Source: Candidatus Eiseniibacteriota bacterium
GTDB lineage: Bacteria; Eisenbacteria; RBG-16-71-46; CAVPCR01
Assembly (NCBI GenBank): GCA_963823555.1
Contig: CAWGMA010000001.1
Location: 1,696,001-1,760,000 of the forward strand
Direction: 5' to 3'
Length of the DNA: 64,000 nucleotides
Part shown: in pieces, positions 39,001 through 52,557 of the stretch
How positions within the stretch are numbered: the first letter of the stretch is position 1
How the letters are laid out: each line of letters begins with the position of its first letter
Notes under the pieces: model-generated
Seen by the model: only the letters and a program-made list of their open reading frames with translations
The model's database searches: none
Told to the model about the DNA's origin: nothing
Position numbers and translations under genes: made by a program

Positions 39001-39143
39001 ACGCCGGCGAGAAGCGAATCGGTCTCCGCGCCGCCGGGTGAAGCAGCACCGCAAACAGGGACTTCACTCGCAAGCAAAACAAGAACAAGGAAACCCGCGA
39101 GCCTCATTGCAATCGCAGTCGGCATTCGCTCTCGTCCTGCCAT
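36060..39143 (-). CDS. Large secreted protein with twelve D-x-x-G-x-D-x-Y Gly-rich repeats and C-terminal HEAT repeats
   Basis: Signal peptide; repeats from ILDLGGDDVY to LIDAGGADDY; HEAT-like units (WRVRAGSLVALG, STRQAAAYALG, GVRLAAGHALG). Confidence 0.75.
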   Translation of the reverse strand: MAGRERMPTAIAMRLAGFLVLVLLASEVPVCGAASPGGAETDSLLAGVLAIAGLDPADIGFRTDYEDRDEFRLRLIDDLLVNPRHTPAAVDSLARKLSADPVRAAAEALRGEVLPAGGLRPGFVGPHYDDLAAAFTDLADRIDEGSVRNLWRAAFAGLTPEELSTLRADGPELLRFDEDEAARTIDEVAVAEAEGEAAGERVLAAAAKIDRRRLLQAAEDLALAAWSVASAAPRGLGRGDIALPPWDGPPPAMGDVLGVYRLADGRPAVLGGPGPTRYAEPCGLILDLGGDDVYEAGAGGNGGTPGVAAVAIDVAGNDAYRGDAPFMLAAGMLGAGILIDLAGNDLYAAGDCALGAGFCGLGLLDDRGGEDRYLGGTFTCGAGAFGMGVLRDQEGRDLYQGSAFTQGFGFVWGVGFLEDRAGEDIYLCQPRFSDLLRDATTTLSMAQGFGYGLRPHASGGIGLLVDGGGHDRYMAEVFAQGSAYWCALGGIVDRGGNDHYDGFNYTQGSGVHVAVAALVDEEGDDLYRTKGVSQGCGHDLALGALIDGAGNDRYDASDLSQGAGNANGAGLLIDRAGDDVYTVRNATTSQGYGNLRRHRGSIGLLIDAGGADDYLGDGAGDGRLWQEGEHGIGIDGERDWIAVIAELAQEPWPLGGAPPELGPAVSASPPTREPLEGHPAMAPAESVPDSFRTMSFERLFHRAATGEPRFTVERDQARTEIVRRGKTSARELADRLGTDVARERHTIKDLALLLGPDMVEKEFARVLLGADERAARGAAWCLERIEAEGVEKELMSGAKHASWRVRAGSLVALGRGGGRASVHVLIAGLSDADASTRQAAAYALGERLELGRADAEASARLEAAVPALVEAMKDPSPGVRLAAGHALGRAGPQATADLAALIWAEEDPSRRLLAIDAMGAGGDPRAADVLRALLPAVAANIVAASHVEVALARIEGEVYFEGTEGAALSAGLMAQESVMVPVPRDLQDPHRVARARASILISEEAKARAAIYCRRPDCMPAERGRLR
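37300..38295 (-). repeat. Intragenic protein-level repeat array (12 x DxxGxDxY, mostly ~26-aa period)
   Basis: Counted in the translation: DLGGDDVY, DVAGNDAY, DLAGNDLY, DRGGEDRY, DQEGRDLY, DRAGEDIY, DGGGHDRY, DRGGNDHY, DEEGDDLY, DGAGNDRY, DRAGDDVY, DAGGADDY. Confidence 0.8.
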
Positions 39144-39230
39144 GCCATCTATCCTCGTTACGCCGCTTCATGCGAGTGGTCGACCACCTGGCGGGAACCC
39201 CGTGGTACAAGAGGCCCCGTCCCCCAGGCG

Positions 39231-40757
39231 TCACAGGCCCCGCGCGTCCTTGAAGGTACCGCCCAGCCAGCGCACGATCCGGGGCACGAGCTCATCGACT
39301 TCCTCGAGCAGCGCCGTGCCATGGCTCTGTCCGGGGTACACGAGCACTTCGGAGCGTGTCCGGTCGAGACCGGCCAGCATGATCTCGGCTCCCGCCATCG
39401 CAGTCGGGTCCTCGGCGCTGGCGATGAGCAACGTCGGCCGATGGCGATCGAGGGTGACCGCCTCGGTGAACGGCTCGGCAGGACCGGGGCTCAGGAGGAC
39501 GAGGGCCTTGACGGCGTCCTCGTCCAGCGCCCCCAGCGCGCCCACCATGCCGCCCAGGCTGGCGCCGACGACGGCAACAGATTGTCCCCGGCTCGCTGGA
39601 TGCTCGCCCAGGTGGCGGATGGCCGCCGTCACGTCGAGGATGGCGCCATGGATGAAAGCGGGGATGTTCTCCACGAAGGCTCCGGGTCCATAGACCTCGG
39701 CCGTGATCGAAGCCCCGTGACCGCGCGGATCGAGGGTGAGGGCATTCATCCCCGATTCGACGAGCGCCCGGGCCAGCGGATCGAAGTCCTTGCGCTCGCC
39801 GCCGAACATGGGGAGGAGGACGACACTGGGGGCCTTCGCCTTGCTGCGGGTCGGATACCAGGTCGCCACGAGGGGAAAACCGTCCATCGAGTCGAAGCGG
39901 ATCACGGAGCCCCCGGCCGCCTCGATCGCCTCGACCTCGGCAATCTCCCGGGCGAGCACCTGTCGTTCCACCTCGAGCTCGACCGGGAGCGGCTTGCCTT
40001 CAGGAGTCGTCCGATACAGGCGGCGGAGACGGGCTCGCAAGTCGGGGTCCATTCCGCGGGCAGCCACCAGGTCCTCGACGAGGATCGCGGCGGCATCATC
40101 GCGCCTCCCGATCTCGTCGTAGACCTCGACCAGATGGTCCCGGATCTCCGGCGTGCCCGGAGCGAGGTGATTCGCCGCCTCGAGGGTCACGACCGCTGAA
40201 TCCATCCGCCCTTGCTGGAAGAAGACCCAGCCCAGCGAATCGCGGTAATAGCCGATGACGTGCCCGGGCGTGTCGCTGGGTGCTGTAGCGAGGGCACGCC
40301 TGATGAGCTCCTCGGCACGCGGGAGCTCACGATTTTCCTCGGCATAGACGTAGCCGAGGGTGTTGAGGAGATCGGCATCATCAGGGCGGCCCTCGACTGC
40401 CAGCTCGAGGTAGTGAATCGCCTCATCGGTCCGTCCCAGCGTGACGCAGATGCGCCCCAGCGCGTCGGCCGCCTCGTGGACCCATGGTTCCCCATCTTCC
40501 TCGTGACCGAGGAGAATCTGCTCGAGGGCGTAGGCCTTGAACTCGGGCGGAAGACTCGGATCGGCGAGCAGCGAATCGATGGCCGCGGCGCGATCGACGG
40601 GCGAGATGGATGGCTCCACTTCCCTTGGCCCGTCCTCGGCATGCGCCGGAAGCGCGACCTGCCCCAGGCCGATGCCAAGGGCCAGAGAGAAAGTGAGCAG
40701 CCATGCGCCAACAACTAGCCGCCTGAGCACTGGCTCACTCCCGGGGGTAGCACTCAC
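39231..40757 (-). CDS. Exported TPR + alpha/beta-hydrolase fusion protein
   Basis: Signal peptide ending AHA; TPRs (LNTLGYVYAE, YRDSLGWVFF); DPRGHG, nucleophile elbow GASLGG, acid in SAEDP, His in SHGT. Confidence 0.82.
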   Translation of the reverse strand: MSATPGSEPVLRRLVVGAWLLTFSLALGIGLGQVALPAHAEDGPREVEPSISPVDRAAAIDSLLADPSLPPEFKAYALEQILLGHEEDGEPWVHEAADALGRICVTLGRTDEAIHYLELAVEGRPDDADLLNTLGYVYAEENRELPRAEELIRRALATAPSDTPGHVIGYYRDSLGWVFFQQGRMDSAVVTLEAANHLAPGTPEIRDHLVEVYDEIGRRDDAAAILVEDLVAARGMDPDLRARLRRLYRTTPEGKPLPVELEVERQVLAREIAEVEAIEAAGGSVIRFDSMDGFPLVATWYPTRSKAKAPSVVLLPMFGGERKDFDPLARALVESGMNALTLDPRGHGASITAEVYGPGAFVENIPAFIHGAILDVTAAIRHLGEHPASRGQSVAVVGASLGGMVGALGALDEDAVKALVLLSPGPAEPFTEAVTLDRHRPTLLIASAEDPTAMAGAEIMLAGLDRTRSEVLVYPGQSHGTALLEEVDELVPRIVRWLGGTFKDARGL

Positions 40758-40763
40758 CTTGGA

Positions 40764-41945
40764 TCAGTCGAGAGAGCGGGCGAGAAGGACCTCGACGCGC
40801 TCGCCCGCCACCTCGACAACGCGGGCGATCACCTCGCCCAGTTTGTTATCGGGAGTCGAGGCCCCGGCCGTGAAGCCGATCACGACCTCCCCGGACGGCA
40901 GCCAACCCTCGGTGGTCACTCGCTCCGGGCGATTCAGCCGCTGGTGATGGATGGCCGCAGGGCCGATCTCGGAGGCCTCCTCGATGTGGAACGTGGGCAC
41001 GCGCGTCGCCGCCACTCGAGCCAGGTTGTGCGTGTTCGAGCTCTCGTAGCCCCCGACAACGATCATCAGATCGAGATCCGGGGAGCCGAGGAGCTCGAGC
41101 ACCGCATCCTGATTCTCCTGCGTCGCGCTGCATATGGTGTCGAAGTCGCGAAAGTGATCTCTCAACTGCGGTGTTCCAACGCGCGCCGCCATGGCCTCGG
41201 CAATGCGGTGGGCGATCTCGCGAGATTCGCTCGCCAGCATGGTCGTCTGATTGATGAGGCCGATGCGCTGGAGCTGTCGCCCGGGATCGAATCCCGGAGA
41301 GGTGGCCCTGGCGAAGCGCTTGAGAAACTCGGCCCTCGAGAGCTCCCCCCGCACGGCCGAGCAGAGGAGATCAGCCTCCTCGAGATCGAGGATGACCACG
41401 TAGTGTCCGCCACGGCTCCGGATGAGGGAGCAGGTCGCGCGGGTCTCGTCATGTCCCACCTTGCCATGAATGACAAGGCTGAACCCCTCCTCGACAAGCC
41501 GCTCGGTCCGCCGATGAGGCCGTTCCACCCAGGGGCAGGTGGTGTCGAGAACCGTGCAGCCGATGGCCAGGAGGCGTTCGGTATCCTCGACCTCGGCGGA
41601 GAACGCCGGGATCACCACGAGATCATCCGGGCTCACCCGGGTGAAGGGGTCCTCTCCTCCGATCGCCCCCCCACCCTTCAGGAACTGTACCCCGCGGGCG
41701 GCAAGGTCACGGTTGACCGATGGATTGTGGATGATGGGGCTCAAGAGCCAGATGCGCCGATCCGGATGGGCGGCGATCGCCTCGTGAATCATGGTGACGG
41801 CCTTGTCGACGCCCCAGCAGAAGCCGAAGTTCCGAGCACACCGCAAGATGAGCCGCCCGACGCGCAGCTCATACCCCGACTCGCGCAAGCGATCGATGAT
41901 CGGGCTGCGATAGGAGGCTCGGGCTACGGGAAGGACCTGGACCAT
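40764..41945 (-). CDS. ispH: 4-hydroxy-3-methylbut-2-enyl diphosphate reductase
   Basis: Three Fe-S Cys motifs FGFCWGV, DTTCPWV, DTICSAT; IIHNP, HDET, NQTTM, SSNT, AGASTP. Confidence 0.95.
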   Translation of the reverse strand: MVQVLPVARASYRSPIIDRLRESGYELRVGRLILRCARNFGFCWGVDKAVTMIHEAIAAHPDRRIWLLSPIIHNPSVNRDLAARGVQFLKGGGAIGGEDPFTRVSPDDLVVIPAFSAEVEDTERLLAIGCTVLDTTCPWVERPHRRTERLVEEGFSLVIHGKVGHDETRATCSLIRSRGGHYVVILDLEEADLLCSAVRGELSRAEFLKRFARATSPGFDPGRQLQRIGLINQTTMLASESREIAHRIAEAMAARVGTPQLRDHFRDFDTICSATQENQDAVLELLGSPDLDLMIVVGGYESSNTHNLARVAATRVPTFHIEEASEIGPAAIHHQRLNRPERVTTEGWLPSGEVVIGFTAGASTPDNKLGEVIARVVEVAGERVEVLLARSLD

Positions 41946-42010
41946 GCTCCTAACCTAGCACGCCGCCTCGCAGGAGGCGAGTCGGAGCACTTCCCCTGCT
42001 GCACCCAAAG

Positions 42011-42049
42011 GAAAAGGGCCGACACCATTCGCATGGTGCCGGCCCCTTC
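42011..42049 (-). terminator. Intrinsic terminator of the rRNA operon
   Basis: Minus-strand hairpin GGGCCGGCACCAT-GCGA-ATGGTGTCGGCCC followed by TTTTCCTTT, directly after 5S. Confidence 0.85.
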
Positions 42050-42058
42050 GCAATTAAA

Positions 42059-42175
42059 TCCGGCGACGTCCTACTCTCCCACACAGTCTCCCATGCAGTA
42101 CCATCGGCGCTGGAGGGCTTAACTGCCGTGTTCGGAATGGGAACGGGTGTTTCCCCTCCGCTATTGCCACCGGAA
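42059..42175 (-). rRNA. rrf: 5S rRNA
   Basis: TTCCGGTGGC...CCCATTCCGAAC...GATGGTACT...GGGAGAGTAGGACGTCGCCGGA; canonical 5S, ends approximate. Confidence 0.96.
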
Positions 42176-42271
42176 ACTTAGCGTGCAGCCTGTGCCTTCG
42201 GCACGACTGCCAAGATTCGACAACTGCATACCGGGATGGACGGTATCGCGTGACCGTGAACATTTAAGTTC

Positions 42272-45324
<3,053 letters not shown>

Positions 45325-45400
45325 GAACAAAATGTGCTCGATCGCTCGACATGTTCCTCGCTATGAAAGCACAGCGAAGATCCGTCATCCCGGTATTCAG

Positions 45401-45412
45401 TTGTCAAAGATC
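45401..45412 (-). promoter_or_regulatory. Spacer boxA antitermination element
   Basis: GATCTTTGACAA in the ITS before 23S, identical to the copy in the 16S leader (47692-47703). Confidence 0.75.
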
Positions 45413-45549
45413 GAGCTCGATCCGCAGCTCGAGCGCCGCAGCTCGCGAGCGAGGCCGTGCATGCCCGGTCGCAGACTCGGTCGACAAGATCGGTCTCGTG
45501 CCGTCCGCCGGAGCGTGGCGCGGAACTCGTCCAGACTCTCGTCACCGAC

Positions 45550-45625
45550 TGGTGGAGATAACCGGGATCGAACCGGTAACCTCCGGCTTGCAAAGCCGGC
45601 GCTCTCCCAATTGAGCTATATCCCC
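45550..45625 (-). tRNA. tRNA-Ala(UGC)
   Basis: GGGGATATAGCTCAATTGGGAGAGCGCCGGCTTTGCAAGCCGG...GGTTCGATCCC...CTCCACCA; 76 nt, G3:U70, encoded CCA. Confidence 0.97.
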
Positions 45626-45676
45626 GAGACTTGGCTCGAGCCTGGCCCCAGGATCGCTCCAGGCCTGCCCTGGAAT

Positions 45677-45753
<77 letters not shown>

Positions 45754-45966
45754 ATCCAGTAGATGAGCCCAGCCGGTCGGCAGTCATGTGCAGGGCCACG
45801 GCTCCAGCTCTCGCTCGACACGTCCGGCGCCAGGCCCGGGAATCCGGACGGCGCCAATGCCGAGAGGGAATACCGCCACTATGAATCGAATAGCGACGTC
45901 GGCCGTCTGAAGATCGAGAACGAACTCGATTCGACCGTGAGCTCGTGAGCCCGATGGCTCGTGGCT

Positions 45967-47535
<1,569 letters not shown>

Positions 47536-47691
47536 TTAAAAACGGTGCCTTGCGCAAGCGCCTCCCGAAGGAAGCGCCAGAGTTTGGCAAGGTTCTCTTT
47601 GGGCCCTTCTCGGAACGTTACCGAGTCGGTCCGTCCCTGAAGGGCATCGAATTCATCTATCCCCTCAGACGGACCGGCACGCGCTATTCGA

Positions 47692-47703
47692 TTGTCAAAG
47701 ATC
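47692..47703 (-). promoter_or_regulatory. Leader boxA antitermination element
   Basis: GATCTTTGACAA between the rrn promoter and 16S. Confidence 0.75.
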
Positions 47704-47745
47704 GTGCTCTTGGCTAGCACTCAGCTAGCCTCAAGGCGAAAGATC

Positions 47746-47786
47746 ACGTTACCCAGGCTGGGGGGGCGCAGTCAAGCGCTTTTTTG
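47746..47786 (-). promoter_or_regulatory. Putative rrn promoter
   Basis: A-tract (UP-like), TTGACT (47775-47770), 18-bp spacer containing a homopolymer run, TAACGT (47751-47746). Confidence 0.65.
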
Positions 47787-48050
47787 AGGACTTTCCCCCA
47801 ACCGTATGTTTTTCGCAATCCCCAGAACAACAAAGAGTTACGAAATCAGAGGTGTTTCGGCCTGGCTGGGGCCCCCTGGCGACCCGGGCAACTGCCTTTC
47901 AATGCGCGGGGCAGTGTAGAAGCCCGGGGATCCGCCCGTCAACTGATTTGATGGCGGGCACCCGGATGGGCCCCCCCCCCGCGCCGCGCCGAATGGACAG
48001 CGGACCGCCCCGGGGGCCTTCCTTGACCCCTCCGGAGGGCCCGGAGTAAC

Positions 48051-50180
48051 GTGACCGTGACCATGCGCCGACTCAGACCCTGGCTCACGAGCCCTCTCGT
48101 CATCGTTGCGGCCTTCTGCCTCATCGGCCTCTCCCTGTCCGGATTCCGCTGGGTCGACCGTCATCTGCCATCGCCCTACCGGCTCCGCGACATCCAGCCG
48201 CCGCAAAAGACCGTCGTTCTCGACATCCACGAGCGGGTCGTGCACGAGTTCTTCCGCGAGAACCGTGACCTCGTGAGCTTGCCCGAGATCCCCGCACCCC
48301 TCAAGCAAGCGCTGCTCGCCACCGAGGACCGCAAGTTCTATCACCACTGGGGCGTCGATATATACGGCGTCATCCGCGCCGGGCTGCGGAATCTGCGCAC
48401 CGGACGCCTCCGCGAGGGCGGATCGACGATCACACAGCAACTGGCGCGCAATCTCTTTCTCACGCATGACCGCACCTGGCGACGCAAGCTGCAAGAGGTC
48501 GTTCTCGCCACGCGCATCGAGCGCATCTATTCGAAGGACGAGATCCTCGAGCTCTACCTCAATCAGGTCTATTTCGGTGATGGGGCGTATGGCGCGCAAG
48601 CCGCCGCGCGTACGTTCTATGGCAAGGATGTCGGCGATCTCTCGGTCGCTGAATGTGCCTTGATCGCGGGGTTGCCTGGCAACCCTCGCGATTTCAATCC
48701 GCGACTCCATCCGGAAGCCGCGGTTCACCGGCGTCATGTCGTCCTCAACGCCATGATCGATACCGGCGCCATCAGCAAGGAACAGGCGGCTGAGATCGAT
48801 GCGGCTCCCCTCGGTATCACCGAGATGAGCAACTCCTCGGCCGTCGGCCCCTACTTCGTCGAGATCATTCGCCAGTACCTCACCGAGCGCTACGGCTCGA
48901 AGGATCTCTACGAAGGTGGAATGCGTATCTACACCACCCTCGATCTCGACCTCCAGCTCGCTGCCGAAGAAGCCCTCGAGCACCGCCTGGTAGCTCTCGA
49001 GGAGAACTACCGCACGGTCGAGACGCGCGCCAAGTACGAGACCAAGGTCGCCAAGGCTGAATCCGGTGGCGAGGAGGTGCCGGTTCCCAAGTATCTCCAG
49101 GGAGCCCTCATCAGCATGGATGCGCGGACCGGCTACGTGAATGCTCTGATCGGCGGCCGGAGTTTTCGCGAGAGCCCCTTCAATCGCGCCATCCAGGCCA
49201 AGCGCCAGCCGGGATCTGCGTTCAAGCCCTTCATCTACACCGCAGCCATCGATAACGGCTTCCGCGCCTCCGACATCATTCTCGACACACCCGTCGTATT
49301 CCAGGGCGCATCGGCAACCGACGAGTGGCGGCCACAGAACTACTCCGCCACGTTCTCGGGACCCATGACGCTGCGCTACGCTCTCAAGAAGTCGGTGAAC
49401 ATCCCGGCGATCAAGCTCATGCGGAAGGTGGGGATCCCCGTTGTCGCCAGCTATGCGCGGCGGATGGGCATCAAGAGCCCCATCCAGAACGTGCTGTCCA
49501 CGGCCCTCGGCACCAGCGAGGTCTCCCTGATCGAGCTCACCGCGGCCTACTCCACCTACGCCACGGGTGGCGTCCATAGTGAACCCATCTTCGTCTTACG
49601 CGTCGAGGATCGAAGCGGGCAAGTCCTCGAGATCAACTCGAGCCGCTCGGAGGAAGTGCTGAGCGCCGAGACCTCGGCGATCATGACCAGCATGCTCGAG
49701 GACGTGATCACTTCGGGAACCGCCGGCGGCGCCAGGCTCATCGGCCTCACTGGACCTGCGGCCGGCAAGACGGGGACCACCGACGAATACAACAACGGCT
49801 GGTTCATCGGTTTCACTCCCGACATCGTGTGCGGGGTCTGGGTGGGATACGACTCCAACGAGTCGATGGGCAACGGCATGGAGGGTGCGCGGGTGGCGCT
49901 GCCGATATGGACGGACTACATGATCCAGGCCACGAGTGGCCGTCCGCCCCTGGACTTCCCCGCTCCATCGACACTCGCCACCGCTCGCGTTTGCAGCGAG
50001 TCGGGGATGCTCGCACGCGAGGGCTATTGTCCCGACACCTACATCGAGATCTACAAGGCGGGAACACAGCCGGCGAGGCTGTGCAGCTTCCACGGACTGG
50101 GCGAGCCTCCGGTGGACGCCGGCGCCTACCCGACGCTGGGGGACGACCTGATCCAGTCCGGTATGATCTTCATCGAGTGA
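48051..50180 (+). CDS. Class A penicillin-binding protein (PBP1A family)
   Basis: Transglycosylase EDRKFYHHWG, GGSTITQQLARN, RKLQE, KDEILELYLN; transpeptidase SAFK, SVN, KTGT. Confidence 0.94.
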   Translation: MTVTMRRLRPWLTSPLVIVAAFCLIGLSLSGFRWVDRHLPSPYRLRDIQPPQKTVVLDIHERVVHEFFRENRDLVSLPEIPAPLKQALLATEDRKFYHHWGVDIYGVIRAGLRNLRTGRLREGGSTITQQLARNLFLTHDRTWRRKLQEVVLATRIERIYSKDEILELYLNQVYFGDGAYGAQAAARTFYGKDVGDLSVAECALIAGLPGNPRDFNPRLHPEAAVHRRHVVLNAMIDTGAISKEQAAEIDAAPLGITEMSNSSAVGPYFVEIIRQYLTERYGSKDLYEGGMRIYTTLDLDLQLAAEEALEHRLVALEENYRTVETRAKYETKVAKAESGGEEVPVPKYLQGALISMDARTGYVNALIGGRSFRESPFNRAIQAKRQPGSAFKPFIYTAAIDNGFRASDIILDTPVVFQGASATDEWRPQNYSATFSGPMTLRYALKKSVNIPAIKLMRKVGIPVVASYARRMGIKSPIQNVLSTALGTSEVSLIELTAAYSTYATGGVHSEPIFVLRVEDRSGQVLEINSSRSEEVLSAETSAIMTSMLEDVITSGTAGGARLIGLTGPAAGKTGTTDEYNNGWFIGFTPDIVCGVWVGYDSNESMGNGMEGARVALPIWTDYMIQATSGRPPLDFPAPSTLATARVCSESGMLAREGYCPDTYIEIYKAGTQPARLCSFHGLGEPPVDAGAYPTLGDDLIQSGMIFIE

Positions 50181-50198
50181 GGTCCGCTGGCGCCCGGG

Positions 50199-51428
50199 CT
50201 ATCGCCCGCCGTGGCGTGCGGCATGCGGGATGTTGATCTGGTACTCGACCGGATGGCCCTCGGGGCCTTGCCGCCGTTCGCCAATGAGTGTCGTGACCTT
50301 CACCATGGCCGCCCCGCGCCGGAACACGCGTGGGACTCGCTTCCCGATCGAGCAGATGATCTCGTAGGGAATGGTCCCCGAGATGGCCGCCACCTCCTCG
50401 ATGGAGATGGAAGCGCCCACCTGCTCCCCGAAGACGACCACCTCGTCCTCGACGACTGCGTCCGGTACGCGGTCGAGATCGACCATGGTCATGTCCATGG
50501 TCACCCGCCCCACGACCGGCACTCGCGTGCCGCGAACGAGCATCTCGCCCCGGTTCGACAGCTCGCGACTCAGCCCGTGACCGTAGCCCACGGCCACGAC
50601 CCCGATGCGCATGGCATGGGGCGTGATGAAGGTGCGACCGTAGCTCACGGGGTGCCCCTGTGGCAGATCCCGGATCTGGAGCAGCCGGGATCGGAAGGAC
50701 ATCACCGGGCGCACATCGAGCTCGGGCGGCGTGCCGCGGGGCTTGAGCCCATAAGCCAGGAGCCCGGGGCGCACGAGATCCAGGGCCGCCCCGGGCAGGC
50801 GGGCCAGCGCGGCCGAGTTGGCGGCGTGAATGAGCGGGATGTCGATCCCTTCCGCCAGCACGGAGTCGCGGATGAGGTGAAACCGCTCGAGCTGAGCGCG
50901 GGCGAAGCTCAGGTTCGGGCCGTCGGCGTCGGGAAAGTGCGTGTAGAGCCCCTCGAGCCTGAGCTCCGGAGCGGCGGCCACGAGACGGGCCAGCGGGAGA
51001 ACGGCTTCGGGCATCACGCCGCTGCGGCCCATGCCGGTGTCCACCTCGAGGTGAACCGAGGCCACGGTCCCGGCCGCACCGGCGGCCCGGGCCAGGTCAT
51101 GGATGAAATCGGCCCGATTGACGGTGCAGGCCAGCCCATGCTCGACGATCTCGATCGTCTCGCCGGCCAGACAAGGAGAGAGGATCAGGATCGGCGCGCC
51201 GATACCCGCCCGCCGGAGCTCGATCCCCTCGTGCAGCGTGGCAACGCCCAGCATCTCGACGCCGGCGGCCAGAGCCTCCCGGGAGACGTCGACCGCCCCA
51301 TGGCCATAGGCGTCCGCCTTGACCACGAGAAGCGTCTTCTGCCCCGCGAGCGACTTCCGGATCTGCCCGAGGTTGTGGCCGAGACGGTCGAGGTCGATCT
51401 CGACCCATGTCGGAAACGCCTTGGTCAT
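50199..51428 (-). CDS. alr: Alanine racemase
   Basis: PLP Lys motif VVKADAYGHG, VDTGMGRSG, HAANSA, VRPGLLAYG, VSYG, GRVTMD, TIPYE. Confidence 0.95.
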   Translation of the reverse strand: MTKAFPTWVEIDLDRLGHNLGQIRKSLAGQKTLLVVKADAYGHGAVDVSREALAAGVEMLGVATLHEGIELRRAGIGAPILILSPCLAGETIEIVEHGLACTVNRADFIHDLARAAGAAGTVASVHLEVDTGMGRSGVMPEAVLPLARLVAAAPELRLEGLYTHFPDADGPNLSFARAQLERFHLIRDSVLAEGIDIPLIHAANSAALARLPGAALDLVRPGLLAYGLKPRGTPPELDVRPVMSFRSRLLQIRDLPQGHPVSYGRTFITPHAMRIGVVAVGYGHGLSRELSNRGEMLVRGTRVPVVGRVTMDMTMVDLDRVPDAVVEDEVVVFGEQVGASISIEEVAAISGTIPYEIICSIGKRVPRVFRRGAAMVKVTTLIGERRQGPEGHPVEYQINIPHAARHGGR

Positions 51429-51575
51429 CCCTCAATCCCGATGTTCGTTGTCTCAGAGGCACGCCGCGCCGTGGTCGGCTGCCGGCGACCTTGTTAGCAC
51501 AGGCGACACAACCGGGGCAAGACAGGCCACCCCATCTGGCCCTGGCCGCTCATAACATGTTAGCTTTCGCGCACC

Positions 51576-52436
51576 ATGTCCAACAAGAAAACCCCTCCGG
51601 ATTCGCCCTCGCTCCCATCCCTCCCCCCCCTGTCCTCGCCTGAGCAAGACGCGGTGAGCGCCCTCGTCGGCCTGGTGCGGCGACTGCGCGGTCCCGACGG
51701 CTGCCCCTGGGATCGGGAGCAAACGCTCAGGACCATGACTCCCTACATCATCGAGGAGGCCTACGAGGTTATCGACGCCATCGAGCGCAATGATGACACC
51801 CATCTGCGCGAGGAGCTCGGCGACCTCGTCTTCCTGCTCTTCTTCTGCGCCGAGATCAGCCGCGAGGAGAGGCGTTTCACGATCGAGGACATGCTCCTCG
51901 GCCATGTCCGGAAGATGGTCGCGCGCCATCCTCACGTGTTCGGCGATGCGGGTCAGATCGGCACCGAGCGGGCGGCCCAGCAGTGGGAGGAGCTCAAACA
52001 GGAGGAGGGCCAGGGCCGGCGGTCGGTGGTCGATGGGCGCCTGCCGTCGCTCCCGGCCTTGACCGCAGCCTTCCGCGTGCAGGAGAAGGCGGCCGCCGTG
52101 GGATTCGACTGGGAGAACGTGGGCGGCGCGCTGGAGAAGCTGGAGGAGGAGATCGCCGAGCTCAAGGCGGCGATCCGCCGCGAGGAAGACGCCGGCGACG
52201 CCCAGCGCGAGGAAGTCGGGGATCTCCTGTTCTCGATCGTCAACGTCGCCCGCCGCCTCAGGATCGACCCCGAGGCCGCGCTCCGCGGCACCACGGCCAA
52301 GTTCATGCGCCGCTTCCGCTACATCGAGGAGCGACTGGCGGCGAACGGCGTCCGCCCGTCGCAGTCGACGCTCGCCGAGATGGACCGGCTGTGGGATGAG
52401 GCCAAGGCGCGCGAGGCGGGGGAATCCTCCAGCTAG
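51576..52436 (+). CDS. mazG: Nucleoside triphosphate pyrophosphohydrolase MazG (tandem domain)
   Basis: LRGPDGCPWDREQT, EEAYEV, EELGD, RHPHVF, AAVGFDW, EEVGDLLF, KFMRRFRYIE. Confidence 0.94.
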   Translation: MSNKKTPPDSPSLPSLPPLSSPEQDAVSALVGLVRRLRGPDGCPWDREQTLRTMTPYIIEEAYEVIDAIERNDDTHLREELGDLVFLLFFCAEISREERRFTIEDMLLGHVRKMVARHPHVFGDAGQIGTERAAQQWEELKQEEGQGRRSVVDGRLPSLPALTAAFRVQEKAAAVGFDWENVGGALEKLEEEIAELKAAIRREEDAGDAQREEVGDLLFSIVNVARRLRIDPEAALRGTTAKFMRRFRYIEERLAANGVRPSQSTLAEMDRLWDEAKAREAGESSS

Positions 52437-52437
52437 G

Positions 52438-52459
52438 GTGCAAGCCTGCGGCTTGCGCC
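52438..52459. terminator. Hairpin between convergent genes, possible terminator
   Basis: GGTGCAAGCC-TGC-GGCTTGCGCC immediately after the mazG stop; no U-tract. Confidence 0.4.
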
Positions 52460-52557
52460 AGCACTGCGAATCTAGCGATCAAGGAGGACGAGCTTGCGAC
52501 TCCTCCCCAACCCTGCCCGTGAAGAAGCCTGCCTCTCAGCCGCGTCAAATCACTCGC

